DNA of 63,096 nucleotides, filler included, from Reticulomyxa filosa (lineage: Eukaryota > Protista > Foraminifera), in the NCBI GenBank assembly GCA_000512085.1. It is 17 parts of 17 records of this genome, joined end to end, with 100 filler letters (N's around TTAATTAATTAA, not from the genome) between each part and the next. Parts side by side here need not be neighbours in the genome. Positions count along the whole stretch, not along the records: positions 11,631 to 16,597 come from ASPP01004296.1; positions 16,698 to 18,582 come from ASPP01041723.1; positions 18,683 to 23,336 come from ASPP01003609.1; 14 more parts are not named here. One strand, written 5' to 3'. The notes beneath the pieces are model-generated. The model was not told where the DNA came from. It did not search any database and was given only the letters and a program-made list of their open reading frames with translations. Each line of letters starts with the position of its first letter. Position 1 is the first letter of the stretch. The translations under genes and the position numbers were made by a program. Below are positions 11,700 through 23,436 of this stretch, piece by piece.

Positions 11700-12063
11700 C
11701 AGAACTAATGGGATATTTAAATAATAGGAACACAAAATCCATGACGCGCAATACATTAAGATGGGCTATCAACTTGTCCCAACTTGAAATTTCATAAATT
11801 TCTAAAATTCCTTCCACGGAACTATTCTTTCCTGCATCCATTTTGTATTTCAATTGTTGTACTTTTCCATATGGCTTTTCTACTACTTTCACAAGTTGTC
11901 CACACATTGCCCATGTTTGGATGTAATAACCTCGGAACGATTCGTCCTCACCACAAACGGCCACTCGTGTTATCAGATCATGTTGTTTTCGCGTTACTAC
12001 TTTTTTTTTACGATCAGAATCCGATACATCTGCTGTTTCTGCAGGCTCTGGAGTTTCTGTCAT
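11700..12063 (-). CDS. Hypothetical protein, first exon; weak resemblance to a degenerate Ras-fold domain
   Basis: ATG at 12063 opens a frame running to a GTGAAT donor near 11699. ITRVAVCGEDESFR / GILEIYEISS / MDFVFLLF echo the small-GTPase strand order but lack the canonical motifs. Confidence 0.4.
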
Positions 12064-12139
12064 GTTTTTTGATCAAGTTCGAAAATTAGAAAGAAGGGAT
12101 TTGTTTGTAAACACTTATCCAACTTAAATACACTCGTTT

Positions 12140-12352
12140 TTTATCAGTCCAAACTGATGAAATAATTTTAGAATAATCTGATGATAAATATATTCCAATT
12201 ACCCAATTTGAATGTCCTTCTAATATTTGAATCTGTTTCCCAGTTTAATATATCCCAAAATCGAATTGTATTATCATCTGAGCAAGATACAATATTAATA
12301 TTATCTGGAAAAAATGTGACATAATTTATATAATTTGAACGTCCTTCGAAGA
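12140..12352 (-). pseudogene. WD40-repeat relic
   Basis: FEGRSNYINYVTFFPDNINIVSCSDDNTIRFWDI, then a frameshift to GKQIQILEGHSNWVIGI. Confidence 0.75.
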
Positions 12353-12513
12353 ATAAATTGGAATGATATAAGACAATATTTTCTATACTATTTGTCCACT
12401 GAAGTTATTTTTTGGTGATGGGGGCAACTTGCTGCTGTGCGTATTCTGGTAGAAAAAAAACTCTGGTATAACTGAGTTGTGAACACTTCCTTGCCCCAAA
12501 AAAAACATATAAT

Positions 12514-13727
12514 ATGGAAACTGAAGATGTAAGACTACGAAAAAAACGTATAGTCCGAGGCAAGAGATGTCTTCATCAACCTCCAGAGAATATGGAAGAT
12601 CGTAATCGAATACGATTATCAATGGATTGTGAAGAAATGAAGAACAAGAATATGAGCCTGAAAGAGATAAAAAAAAATGATGAATCAATAATTCGGAAAA
12701 GGAAGTTTGATGAAAGGAGTATAGATTCATTGAAAATGGCGAAAATGTTACGAGAGTGTCCAGTATTGCGTATTCCAAATCATTCATTATTTTACGTACG
12801 TGTTAATCCACCGAATGGATCAAAAACTTTGAATCAGATCAAAATGCAGCCAATCTTTTTTATCCCATCAAGTTTTGTTTGTTTGTTTGTTTTTTCAAAC
12901 CAATCAAATTTAACAACTTAGATATATTCAACCCCAAACATTTTTCTTCTTTCTTTTTTTTTTTGATTGGTTTGAATAGAAGAACAATGCACAAAACAGA
13001 GAAAATATAACGAAAATGAAAACCCCAATGCAAATGATCACACAATCAATTGTACAATAACCAAAGACAATACTGACAAACAATTGTGGACAAAACTGGA
13101 CTTCCAAGATGTATTAGACACATGGGTGAGAGTGTTTCCAACCGTCAAAGCAGCAGTCAATGATAACGGCAGAGATTGGACCAAAGTAAATCCATTTGGC
13201 AAGCTTCATGAATATGAATTGCAAGTATGTTTGCCAAAGGAAGGGCTATAAACAAACAGTCATTAATACACACAAAAAAATATATTTTTTTTTAAAAAAA
13301 AATAAACAAACAGTGTCGAGAAGGTATAGTGGTGATAAATTTGAATGAAAAGTTTGGAGTGAGTTCAGAATGTTTGGGAAAAGATTTTGAAATGTGTGTG
13401 CAAAACTACGTTTCTGATCATGGATATTGTGGATATGTCTTCCATCATCATATGATGTTGTATCAACCAGTCGATACTGGCGTTTACTCGATGATGAAAA
13501 ACAAGGACACACGCAATTTCTTATCTCTGATTTATTTCGAGTTCAATCAATTCAATAAAATCATCTTCAAAAATAGTTTGTTTGTCTTCTTTGCCACTTG
13601 CATTCTTCAATATGAAATGATGAAAATAGTATGCTTTTTCTCTTTTCTCTCTCTGATTAACTGTTTTTCTTATTTGCTTCAATTTTATTTTTATCTCTAT
13701 TTTTTTATTTTTCTATGTTTCCTTTGA
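12514..13727 (+). CDS. Hypothetical protein with three exons
   Basis: Phase-compatible GT-AG introns 12872..12979 and 13225..13313 join three open frames. No recognisable domain; the 3' end is uncertain. Confidence 0.55.
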
Positions 13728-14337
13728 AATGTATTTACTTTTGCAAAGTAAAAGTAGCTCATATCAATTTATCTGTCGTGTTTACTTTTTTTTTTTCCTT
13801 CTCCTCCTCCCCCCCCTCCCTCAAAAAAACGATGGTTTCAAAATTGCATTGTTGTTTAAACGAGTCTCATTTTTTCAAATGCATACAAATTAAGTTTAAT
13901 ATTTGAAAAGATACTTGTCTTCTTTTTAAAAATATTTAAAATCGTAATAGACATGGAAAAATATCATCTTTTTTTTTGTTACAGCAAATATGAACAATTT
14001 TAGTAAATCAAAAATTTAAGTCAACGCTTTTTTTTATATATATTGTTTTATCTTAGATAAATTTTATAAACATGTTTAGTATTTATCTTTCATTTTATTA
14101 TACAATTATTGAACATTTATTTTTCTAAACATTTCAAAATTAGCAAAATGTCTCATAACTTCACGTATTTCTACTAAAAGAACTCAACATTGGCTTGGCC
14201 AACAGTGATGCAAAACAAAGCAGCAATATCTGCACTATGATTTCCCCAAACAAAAAGTATCCATTTGTATTTTAAAAAAAAAAAAAAAGACAAGCTGAAC
14301 ATCAAAACAACACACAAAAAAAAAAAAAAGGAAAAAG

Positions 14338-15885
14338 ATGATATTTAACAACGTTGGAGCAAAAGGAATTATGAATTTTTTTGTGAGCGCAAAACAAAAA
14401 TTCAAAAGTAAGTTCTTTGCCAAAATGACTTTTTTTGATGATAACATTGATGATATTATTTTTAAAATAAATAAATAAACTTAAAGCAAAACACGTCCAA
14501 CAAGGAATTGAAAAGGGTGAAAAGTTAACCGAAAATGGGGCTGATTTAAACATAAAAACAGCAAATTGGACATCAACTCTCTCTGTCGGTGCGACGAGTC
14601 AGTCCCCCCAAAGTACAAATTTAAGCAGCTTTCAACTTCTCGACGCTGGCAACACAGAGACAAAATCATTGTCGAGAGGACATAACTTTTTTCCTACGAC
14701 AACTCAACAAGAGAATCAATTAACTCAAAACACAACAAGACCAACACCGAAACAAAGGGTGTCAAGCGTCGAAAGCGTAAGAGAGCAACTGGCTCAGTTA
14801 AATATACAAGAAACTATTGCGTCTGTTCTGACCGATCACCCGATCGTAGGCAAACAAGAAAATATACTCAATGGTGCAAGTAATGCTGAAGCAACCAATA
14901 ATTTAACAAGTTGCATCCACAGCAACCGTGAAGAAATAAAAAAAGGGACACTGTCCCAATGCAAATGCGGAAATGAGTTGGTGTGTTGCGTGTATCAAGA
15001 AGAACAATTGAAAAAACTTGTACAAAATTCACACCAGCATTGGAAGGCAAGTACAAAATTTTTGAAATTTAAAAATAGTGAAGAACTATTGCAATTACGA
15101 CTCTGGACTTTGGGATGCATTTACGAACACTTTTCTCGTTTTCGGTTCGAGTCTTTGCATTCTCTATTTTTAGCCACTGATCTTCTCGACCGCATTTTGT
15201 CCAAAGCCTTTGTCCGTAACTTTGACAAAAATATTGTCGCTGTAGCATTGTTGACATTAGCTGCTAAATATCACGAGATTGATGGGCCGAATTTAATTGT
15301 ATTGGTCTTTTTTTTTTTTATTGACTCCTTTTTTTTCTAAAAAAAAATTATCTGTTTCTTTGTTAAATTGTGTAGGCACTTCGAGCAGTGAATTCGCTAT
15401 CCAGAAATTTGCGAGCTCAGGTGTTTCAATTAGAAGCACAAATTGTAACCATATTAGATTTCCAATTAACAGTTCCTAATCCTTTAAATATTGCTGAAAT
15501 TTTATTAGCAATTTTTTGTACAGAATCTGGATGTGTCAAGAGTAATACAACATTTGACAAAAATGGAATTGCTGCAGTTCGTTTAAAATTGGAATACTTG
15601 TTGGAGTTATCTGTAATTGATGAATATATGCTAAACTTTGAGTGTGGAATCATTGCCACTACGTGTTTTTATATTGCGCTAAAAACCACAAATACTATAT
15701 CATTTCATTGGAAACAACTACAATCGTTTGTTCATTACTCGTATTCAGATATTCAACCATGTAAACAGAGGCTCACGCTACTTTTATCAAAACCAAGCAA
15801 ACTACATGTGTTTACTGGAAGCAAAAATGCGTCGGCCTTTAGGCGTTCTTTTGAAATTCTCAATGCGAAATACAATGTTGCCTAA
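14338..15885 (+). CDS. Cyclin (A/B-like fold, divergent); join(14338..14407,14487..15298,15376..15885)
   Basis: Cyclin box SLFLATDLLDRILSK...VAVALLTLAAKYHEI...QLEAQIVTILDFQLTVPNP and C-terminal fold EYLLELSVID...IIATTCFYIALK. Both introns restore the frame. Confidence 0.85.
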
Positions 15886-16148
15886 TTTTTCCGTTTTGTT
15901 AAGGTAAATAGTAAAAATAAATGTAATAGGGTAAGAAACACTTTTTTTTTCCGTCATAAATTTTTTGATTAAAAACTGTCGTAACGTGTGTACAATTGCT
16001 TTCTGTTGACTATTGTAAAGTCTATTGCGTTTTGTTTCATTTTTTGTTTGTAACCAAGACAAAGCTGATCAGTAATTTGTGAATTTAAAAAAAGCGTCAA
16101 ATTAGTAACTCTTCGCAATAAATCTCATAAAAAAAGTAACTTTTTTTT

Positions 16149-16597
16149 TCAGAAACAGTAAGCGTGTCGGAAGAACAAAGAAAATGAGCTTATCGCTTTC
16201 TTCTGGCAGGTACCGCTGCTCAATGTCTTCTTCCCATTCACTAGGTCCGCTGTGCCTTGTACAACCATACCGTTGTGGGGCGTCTGCTGACAAGAGACCG
16301 CACTAAATGTAATACGAAAAGTTGTATTCAAAAAGAGATCTGCTTTCAATAAAACAAAAGTAAATTAATAAATGAAAGATGAATAACGCAATGAAAGAAA
16401 GAAAAAACAAACAAAAATTGAAGAAAGTTGGTGGAGAAGTTTAACCCACTGGGGCTCCTCAAATATTTCAGAGCTCAACAATCTATAGTAGGAACTTGCC
16501 CTACTCGTCAATGCATCAAATGATATTGGTGTCACTCCGCCTGATCCAAGTACTAATAAAATTAATATGAAGAACAACATGATCAGAATTTTTTTTT
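16149..16597 (-). CDS. Hypothetical protein 3' fragment
   Basis: Two open frames (16365..16580 and 16149..16349) can be joined by a short intron; one carries a hydrophobic stretch. Cut by the spacer. Confidence 0.25.
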
Positions 16598-16697
16598 NNN
16601 NNNNNNNNNNNNNNNNNNNNNNNNNNNNNNNNNNNNNNNNNTTAATTAATTAANNNNNNNNNNNNNNNNNNNNNNNNNNNNNNNNNNNNNNNNNNNN

Positions 16698-16875
16698 TTA
16701 ATTCCATTAAATTATTTGCAATTTGACCACATAATAAACACTGTAGACGTTTTACTCTGCTTTGTTTATTCGAGGCTGCCACCCAGTCTTTATCATAACA
16801 ACCTTCAAGTGAGAAAGTTGTTAAGCTTTTTACTTTTACTGTTTTGTCTTCTTCCACTTGCAAGATTAACATGAT
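16698..16875 (-). CDS. N-terminal fragment of a TRAF-like RING zinc-finger protein, cut by the contig end
   Basis: GCYDKDWV...LQCLLCGQIANNLMEL resembles the start of a TRAF-type RING (CxxC..NxME). Confidence 0.55.
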
Positions 16876-17865
16876 TAAACTCTTTTTCCCCTTTTTTTTG
16901 TACAAGTAGGAGTAAGAAATTTTTGTTTGAAGTTAAATTTTTCAAACAAGATTACATTTTTATTGAAAACACAAATAATTAAATATAATTTTTTATCTAA
17001 GATAAAATTGGAGAATTTTTTTTTTGGTAACATTAATTTGTTCTTCTGTTCTGTGAATAACATAGAAAATTGATTACATTAGCTCTCCTTCTAATTTCAA
17101 ACATGTTATTTTTGATGAAATGCTTAAAAAGGTATATTTAAAGCGTTTTCCTTAAGTTGGCTCTTTTGTTGTACATCTATCTCATTTTTTTAAACAAATC
17201 AAAATAATAAATGTAATCCATACTACTTTCGTCTTTTCCAAAAATGAAAAAAAATAAAAGAATTAACGTTTGAAGAACTTCTTTCTCAAAGTTATTGTTG
17301 TCTAAAATTTCCTGTTTTCAAATGGAAAAATCTTAAAAATATCAGATACAGTGATATAATAATTTCCAACAAATTGAAGATACCACCACACAATAAAATT
17401 CTTAGAAATGCCGGTTGTAAAGTTTTAAAATGTGACTAATTTATCTTATCCATAATTGTATATTGTTCTTTATAAAGTTGTACGAGACATATTCGATTTC
17501 ATTCAACGAAGAAAAAAAGAGCAAACAAGGGAAAGTTTGTGTTTAAAGTTTTTCTAACAAGTAGAAAGACTTGAATAGCCAGAAGAATTATGTCGATTAT
17601 TCCCTTGGAGTCAGTGATAAGAGAAGTCAAAAAATGACAAGGTGTAAAAATTGCATTCTTTGTGTTGTTTCAAAAAAAGAGTGCAAGATTTGAAAAAACC
17701 AAACAGGTTGTGACGACCACCTTAAAAAAATAAAATAAAAAGACAGTTTGCAGGTAAAGAACCTAACAACAAAGCATAATTTGGAGGTAATAATATGTAT
17801 TGTTTGTTTGTTGGAGTGTCAACGACTGAGCAAGCAATACTGTAAAAATGGTAATAATAATTAAA

Positions 17866-18582
17866 AAAGCAGACTTTGTGGTGGAGCGATTGAGTGACAA
17901 TCGCAAGAAACGTGTAGTGGCAGTGAGTGGTGAAATGACGAAACAAGAGGGATAATTCAAGTTCCCTTGAAACAAAAGATCCAATCCAGATCCGATAGTA
18001 AGGAGTCATAAGTAAATGGAGCGCTGATGATTTTGATGATATAGCGTGCAAAATGATAAAAACAAATTTGAAAAGTGGAAGCTACAGTGAAAATAAAAAT
18101 GATAATAAAAATAATAATGACAACAAACTACTTCAAAACAAAAATAAAAGCTGCTATTGTCAAAGTTTAAAATTAAATAAATAAATAATATACATATATA
18201 TGTGTATTATTTATTTAGTTAGTTTTAATATTTCTGCATGAATTTGGAATTAGGTGTTAGCTCGCACTAATCCCGCATGCATTTGCGAAAAGGAATTAAC
18301 GCGGGTTTCGATTAAAGAATGCTATGGACCCAATAGTAGAGTAAGTTGCAACAAATGCCAAAAGGAATCATCGAAAGGATACGTATGGCACTGTCCTGAA
18401 GGCAAGAATCGAACTCATTCAAAAGGATTTGATTTGTGTGCTGATTGTGGTGCTCTGCAGTTGCAATGGGATGAATTGAACGGTCTTTCGTTAGTGGAAC
18501 GAGATGAACGATTCCCGATTCGAGTCACTCTGCAGTATTATCAGGCCACAAGCAATGGTGTTGTCAACGATGATATCATTGC
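17866..18582 (+). pseudogene. Member of an uncharacterised IQVPLKQ / ERDxRFPIRVTxQxY family carrying a ZZ-like zinc finger; 5' part disrupted, 3' truncated
   Basis: ADFVVERLSDNRKKR..GEMTKQE, then a frameshift to IIQVPLKQK (17952..17978), with stops. The exon from 18254 encodes CxC..CxxC..HC..H..FDLCADC followed by ERDERFPIRVTLQYYQATSNGVV. Confidence 0.55.
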
Positions 18583-18983
18583 NNNNNNNNNNNNNNNNNN
18601 NNNNNNNNNNNNNNNNNNNNNNNNNNTTAATTAATTAANNNNNNNNNNNNNNNNNNNNNNNNNNNNNNNNNNNNNNNNNNNNATATCATTTTTGTCCAGG
18701 CATAATTTTTACTTTAAAGGCAGTCTTGGTATTTTTTTACTAATGTAATGTTTTTTTTCCAATAAAAGAACTGTGAAATGCAAGTGTCAAAACGTTATTT
18801 TCTCATCTTACAAGAATTTGCGTAAAGTTAAACTGGTTAATTTTAAAAAAATTTAATAATTGTAAATTTGTATAAAAGAAAATTATAGATTAAACACTAG
18901 TAGTTTAAATTTAAAACTGTAGAAAAGTTGATTTTTAAAACGTATCAATTGCCCCTAAAATTGCAACTAATTGCAATCTGAAA

Positions 18984-19718
18984 ATGTTGAAATTCTTTTG
19001 TCATTTTCTACTTTGGTTTTCTTCAATTGCTCTTGGAGGTTTGAATTGGAAAGAATGAGAAAAAAAAATTGATACTCGTCTAGAGTTTAACAGTTCAACA
19101 AACACCACTCACAAACTCGTGTTTTCTTAATATAAAAATAAAAGAAATCTCTGTCTCTGGCTATGATATTACTCCAATGAGCCAACAAGAATTAGACGCT
19201 GCGTATTTACATCTACCAGAAAACATTGTACATGTGATCCGCGATAAAGGGACAGAAAAACCATATCCATACGATAATGGCTACGATAATTATTATGTAT
19301 GATTTTAATTATAACATTATATACACTTTTTTTCAACTTTGCTTAATTAAATATATTTGAAAACAATTTTATATTTCAGAAAAATAAACGGGATGGAATT
19401 TACGTAAGTGTAGTGACCAAAATTCCATTATTTGATAGTGATGATAAATTTGAAAGTGGAACTGGATGGCCAAGTTTCAAAGATATCATTGATAAAGATC
19501 ATATCAAAATAGTTCCAGATAACTCCATTCCCCGAATGCCACGATGGGAAGTCATCGAAACCAAATCAGGTGTACATTTAGGTCATGTATTTGATGATGG
19601 TCCATTGCCAACAAAAAAACGCTATTGCATCAATGGAGCCGCATTGCAGTTTGTTGAAAGATCACAACTCCCTCAATTTTTATCCCAAAATTCTCCAATT
19701 AAAAAACAGGAGCTGTGA
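18984..19718 (+). CDS. msrB: Peptide methionine (R)-sulfoxide reductase B with signal-peptide-like N-terminus; join(18984..19038,19145..19296,19380..19718)
   Basis: KGTEKP, KFESGTGWPSF, HLGHVFDDGP and RYCING motifs; two phase-compatible GT-AG introns. Confidence 0.95.
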
Positions 19719-20132
19719 TTTTTTTTTTTAATAGCCCTTTTACATCACATTTCATATTTTTTTTTATCAATAATTTGTTAATAAAATTATTATAAAAAGT
19801 TAAAAACTATGTCATAAAGAGAAATGTAATAAAGGTCATCCGATTCTGATTACATTTTTTTCATTTTAAAATTTCTCTTCGACTATAAAAAGTTACTCAA
19901 TTCTTTGACTGATAGAAAGGCCAAAGTGCCTTGCTCTTTTGTTTTTTGACAGCAGTAAGAAGAAAATGGATGACAATATTATCTCCACTTTGCACATTTC
20001 AATAGATAACAAAAAAAAGTGTTTCGAGTTGTTTGTATGTATCAACTCGCAATTAATTGATTAATACAAAATAATGAAGTCCAAAAACATAACGACTAAT
20101 CCCTAAAAAAAAAAACATGATTGACCACAAAC

Positions 20133-21384
20133 TTAAAACATGAACACTGGAGTGTCTTTGGTCATAACTCTGGTTTCATTTTCTAATGAATTCCGTATAT
20201 GTTTTGGTAAGCTGAACATTCCAGAATGGCTTTGTCCATCATAGTGACGAAATGTGTTTTTAATGAGAGTGCTATCTCCATTAAATCGTTTGGAAATTTC
20301 TTTGTCAACAAAGGTCCAATCTTTCATGGCAGGTATGTCTTTATCTTTGGGAAGTTTAATTCCAATCGTAAATGCCCAATCTTGGCCATACGAAGGAACT
20401 TCTTGAGTATACAAATAAGTATGTGGGAACACCGATTTGACAGTATTGTAAATAGTGGTCGCACATTCTTGGTGTCCGACGAATCCTCCAGGTCCGGACT
20501 GGGTGACAAACACACCATTATCACTGAGCTTGTCATAAATTTGTTGATAGAAAGACTGAAAGTAGCAAGCAATGCCAGGGCCAGCTTCAATTGGATCTAT
20601 CCAATATCCAGTTATATATTGTCAAATATGGTTTCACAAGCAAGAAAAGATATTAAAAAAAAAAATAAATGTACATACATACACAATATTAAAAAAAAAA
20701 TTGTTGAAGATTTTAACCAGCAATGTCCATAATCACAACATCCCATGTTTCTGTACTTTGTTCTAATGTTTGTTTTGCATCGGCGATAATGATTTCCAAT
20801 CTTTTGTCAGCTTTTGCGGCACGCGACATTTGTGGCAAAAATTCAATACACGCATCCACAACGACTTTGTCCAGGTCACACAAAACAACCCTTTCCACAC
20901 TTTTGTATTTCAGTGTTTCTCTGGCTGTTGCAAGCTCTCCCGCTCCTCCGATAAACACCCTCTTTGGACACGGATGGATCAACATCGCTGGGTGCGTCAA
21001 CGACTCGTGGTACAAATACTCATCTTTTTCTGCACTTTGTGTTTTCATGTCTAATATCAATTGTCGCCCAAATTGTTTCGTTTCGATTATTCGCACATCT
21101 TGAAATTCGCTTTGCTTTTTGAACAATATCATCTCCAAATCTAACCAGATTCCAAAATATGGCGTATTACACTCACTGAAACGAAGTGTACAAGTCTCAT
21201 TTGCAATTGCTGCATTGTCCCAATTTTCTGGCACTTTTGAGTCGTCCTCTTCTGTACTTTTCGATTTCGTTTCTTGAAGAGATTTGAGGTGGCTTTTCTT
21301 TGCGTCGTCTTCCGGTTTTGGATTTGATTCATATTTGCTGAGATGACTTAGCAAAGAGTCAATCTGTGAACAGGTCGAAGACAT
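20133..21384 (-). CDS. Spermidine-synthase-family aminopropyltransferase, thermospermine synthase (ACL5)-like; complement(join(20133..20596,20718..21384)), 376 aa
   Basis: SEFQDVRII, QSAEKDEYLYHESLTHPAM, VFIGGAGELATARE, DVVIMDIADPIEAGP (across the intron), GVFVTQSG and VPSYGQDWAF. Confidence 0.9.
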
Positions 21385-21965
21385 TGCAGTTGCTTTCGAT
21401 TGCAAGCGACGCACAAAAAAAACAGAAATACTATTTGAAAGGCGACCAATATTTAAAAAAATTTTGTCTTAGGCGTTAACACACTGTTTAAACATATAAT
21501 AGTAGAGTCAGTCAGCCGGCATGATTTTGCCTTTTTTTCCTCATGTCTTCCTCCAAGCCTTTTTATTAAGCATACTTTATATCATGATTTGTTGTTAATC
21601 CTGTCAGGCTCGTCATTAATTTGGAAATTTCAATATTCTCAAATTAAATGGCAATGACAAGAAAAACCAAATTTTTATTAAAATAATAAAATTGAATTGC
21701 TCATTTAGTTATTTTTTCTTATTTTATCAAAGTAAATTTGAATGTATTCAAAACAGATACACAAATGAAACGAATGGGCAGAAAAAAAATGAAGGTCTTT
21801 TGAAGAAAGACAGTTTGTGTTCAATTACATTTTATTGTTATAAATAAGGGCATATCGTAACAGGATTGTTGTTTTTAAAAACAAAAATAGTTAAGAGAAA
21901 GTTTTGTATTTTTGGAAGGGTTGGAAGAAAAAGAGTGAATGAAAGTGTTTCAATATTAGTATAAG

Positions 21966-22216
21966 ATGGAATACAAAAGCCTTCCAGAATTGCAGACAAA
22001 TGGGGTGGCAATCAAGCTTTTGGTTCATAATGTGTCACACGGTGACTTGTGTATGAGCATCCGTTTTGCTGGGTCGGAGCAAAAGGACAGCACCCAAGAG
22101 GACAACTCCGGCGAAATAATGGCACGTCCGCGGTCTTCCCGCTTTAAAGTAACAGGAATTTTGTGAATACATTTTTGGGGGAAGGAAAAAGGGCAAACAG
22201 AAACAGTGTGCACTCA

Positions 22217-22248
<32 letters not shown>

Positions 22249-23336
22249 TGGGACAGCACGTTTGCAGCCAATTAGTAGAAGTATTATGCAAAAAAGAAAC
22301 AAAGATCGAATTTAAAGGTTACCCAGACGGGCACGGGAACAAGAGGAACGTGGGTTTTGAATTTAAGCCGGCAGTGCGAATATGCAACGATCGTGACTTG
22401 CGTCTGCGAGATGAGCCAGTGAGCCGTCCACAAGAAACAGTCGAGACGAGCAAGAGCGATAAAAGCGATAAAAGCGATAAAAGCGACGAAAACGCAAGTG
22501 ATCAAGAGCCGAAGAGAACAGCAAAGAGCGAAAGCAGCAAATGCAAAATGCACAATATCCTCGTTTGCAAAGTGTTCTTTCCATTGATTGCCATACTGTT
22601 ACCCAAATGGATCTCGCTGCACAAGGCCAACCCAATCCCGGAACTGGTCATCAAGCCCGTCAAGACTAACGAGGTCCTGTTCGTCACTAATGGCGTCCGT
22701 GACCCCAATCCAATCCTGGCACCACCACTGTCCAGCGTCAATTCTTTGTCGTCCACTAACGAATACGAAGGCAAGGACATGATGTCTTCGGACGAGTCAG
22801 GTATACACTACCACTTATGTATACGACGTATACAATGCGATCATAAGCGTTACTAACAATTTTTTTTTTAAAATTGTTTCCCCCCTTTTTTCCCTTCCTC
22901 CCTCTCTCCCCCCCCCCTCCCCCTTTTCCAAACAAACAAGCAAAAAAATTCATTGAAAATTTCAATGGGCCTCAATATTGATGGGTATATAAGTAAATGT
23001 ATATTATACATATTTATTTATTTATTTACTTATATATATATGCATTGATCGCAAATATTACACTTGTAGTCGACCCGACCGGAACGGGGAACTTATGAAC
23101 CACAATGAAAATGACTCAAAACACGAAATTACAGTGCCCAAGACGGCGGAAACGAAGGAGTGGCTCGCGTGGGATAATGCCATGTCGAGATTGCATTCGG
23201 CGGGCCTCTCTTCGAAAACCGAGAAAATGCAGCTGACGTTTCGACGGGCTGCGATACAAACAAATGCCAATTGCAAAGTGTGCTCCACGATGAGCGCAAG
23301 CTCAAGCGCAAGCACAGGTTTAAACTCGAGTTTGAG
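21966..23336 (+). CDS. Conserved-looking hypothetical protein; spliced, 3' truncated
   Basis: Intron 22149..22256 joins two ORFs in frame, and there is a further exon at about 23070..23336. Motif-like blocks: LLVHNVSHGDL, IMARPRSSRF, VFFPLIAILLPKW. Confidence 0.6.
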
Positions 23337-23436
23337 NNNNNNNNNNNNNNNNNNNNNNNNNNNNNNNNNNNNNNNNNNNNTTAATTAATTAANNNNNNNN
23401 NNNNNNNNNNNNNNNNNNNNNNNNNNNNNNNNNNNN

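Noticed and set aside
18984-21384. msrB beside an aminopropyltransferase as an operon-like or transferred cluster
   Set aside because: The genes are convergent and independently spliced, with no sign of co-regulation or joint transfer.
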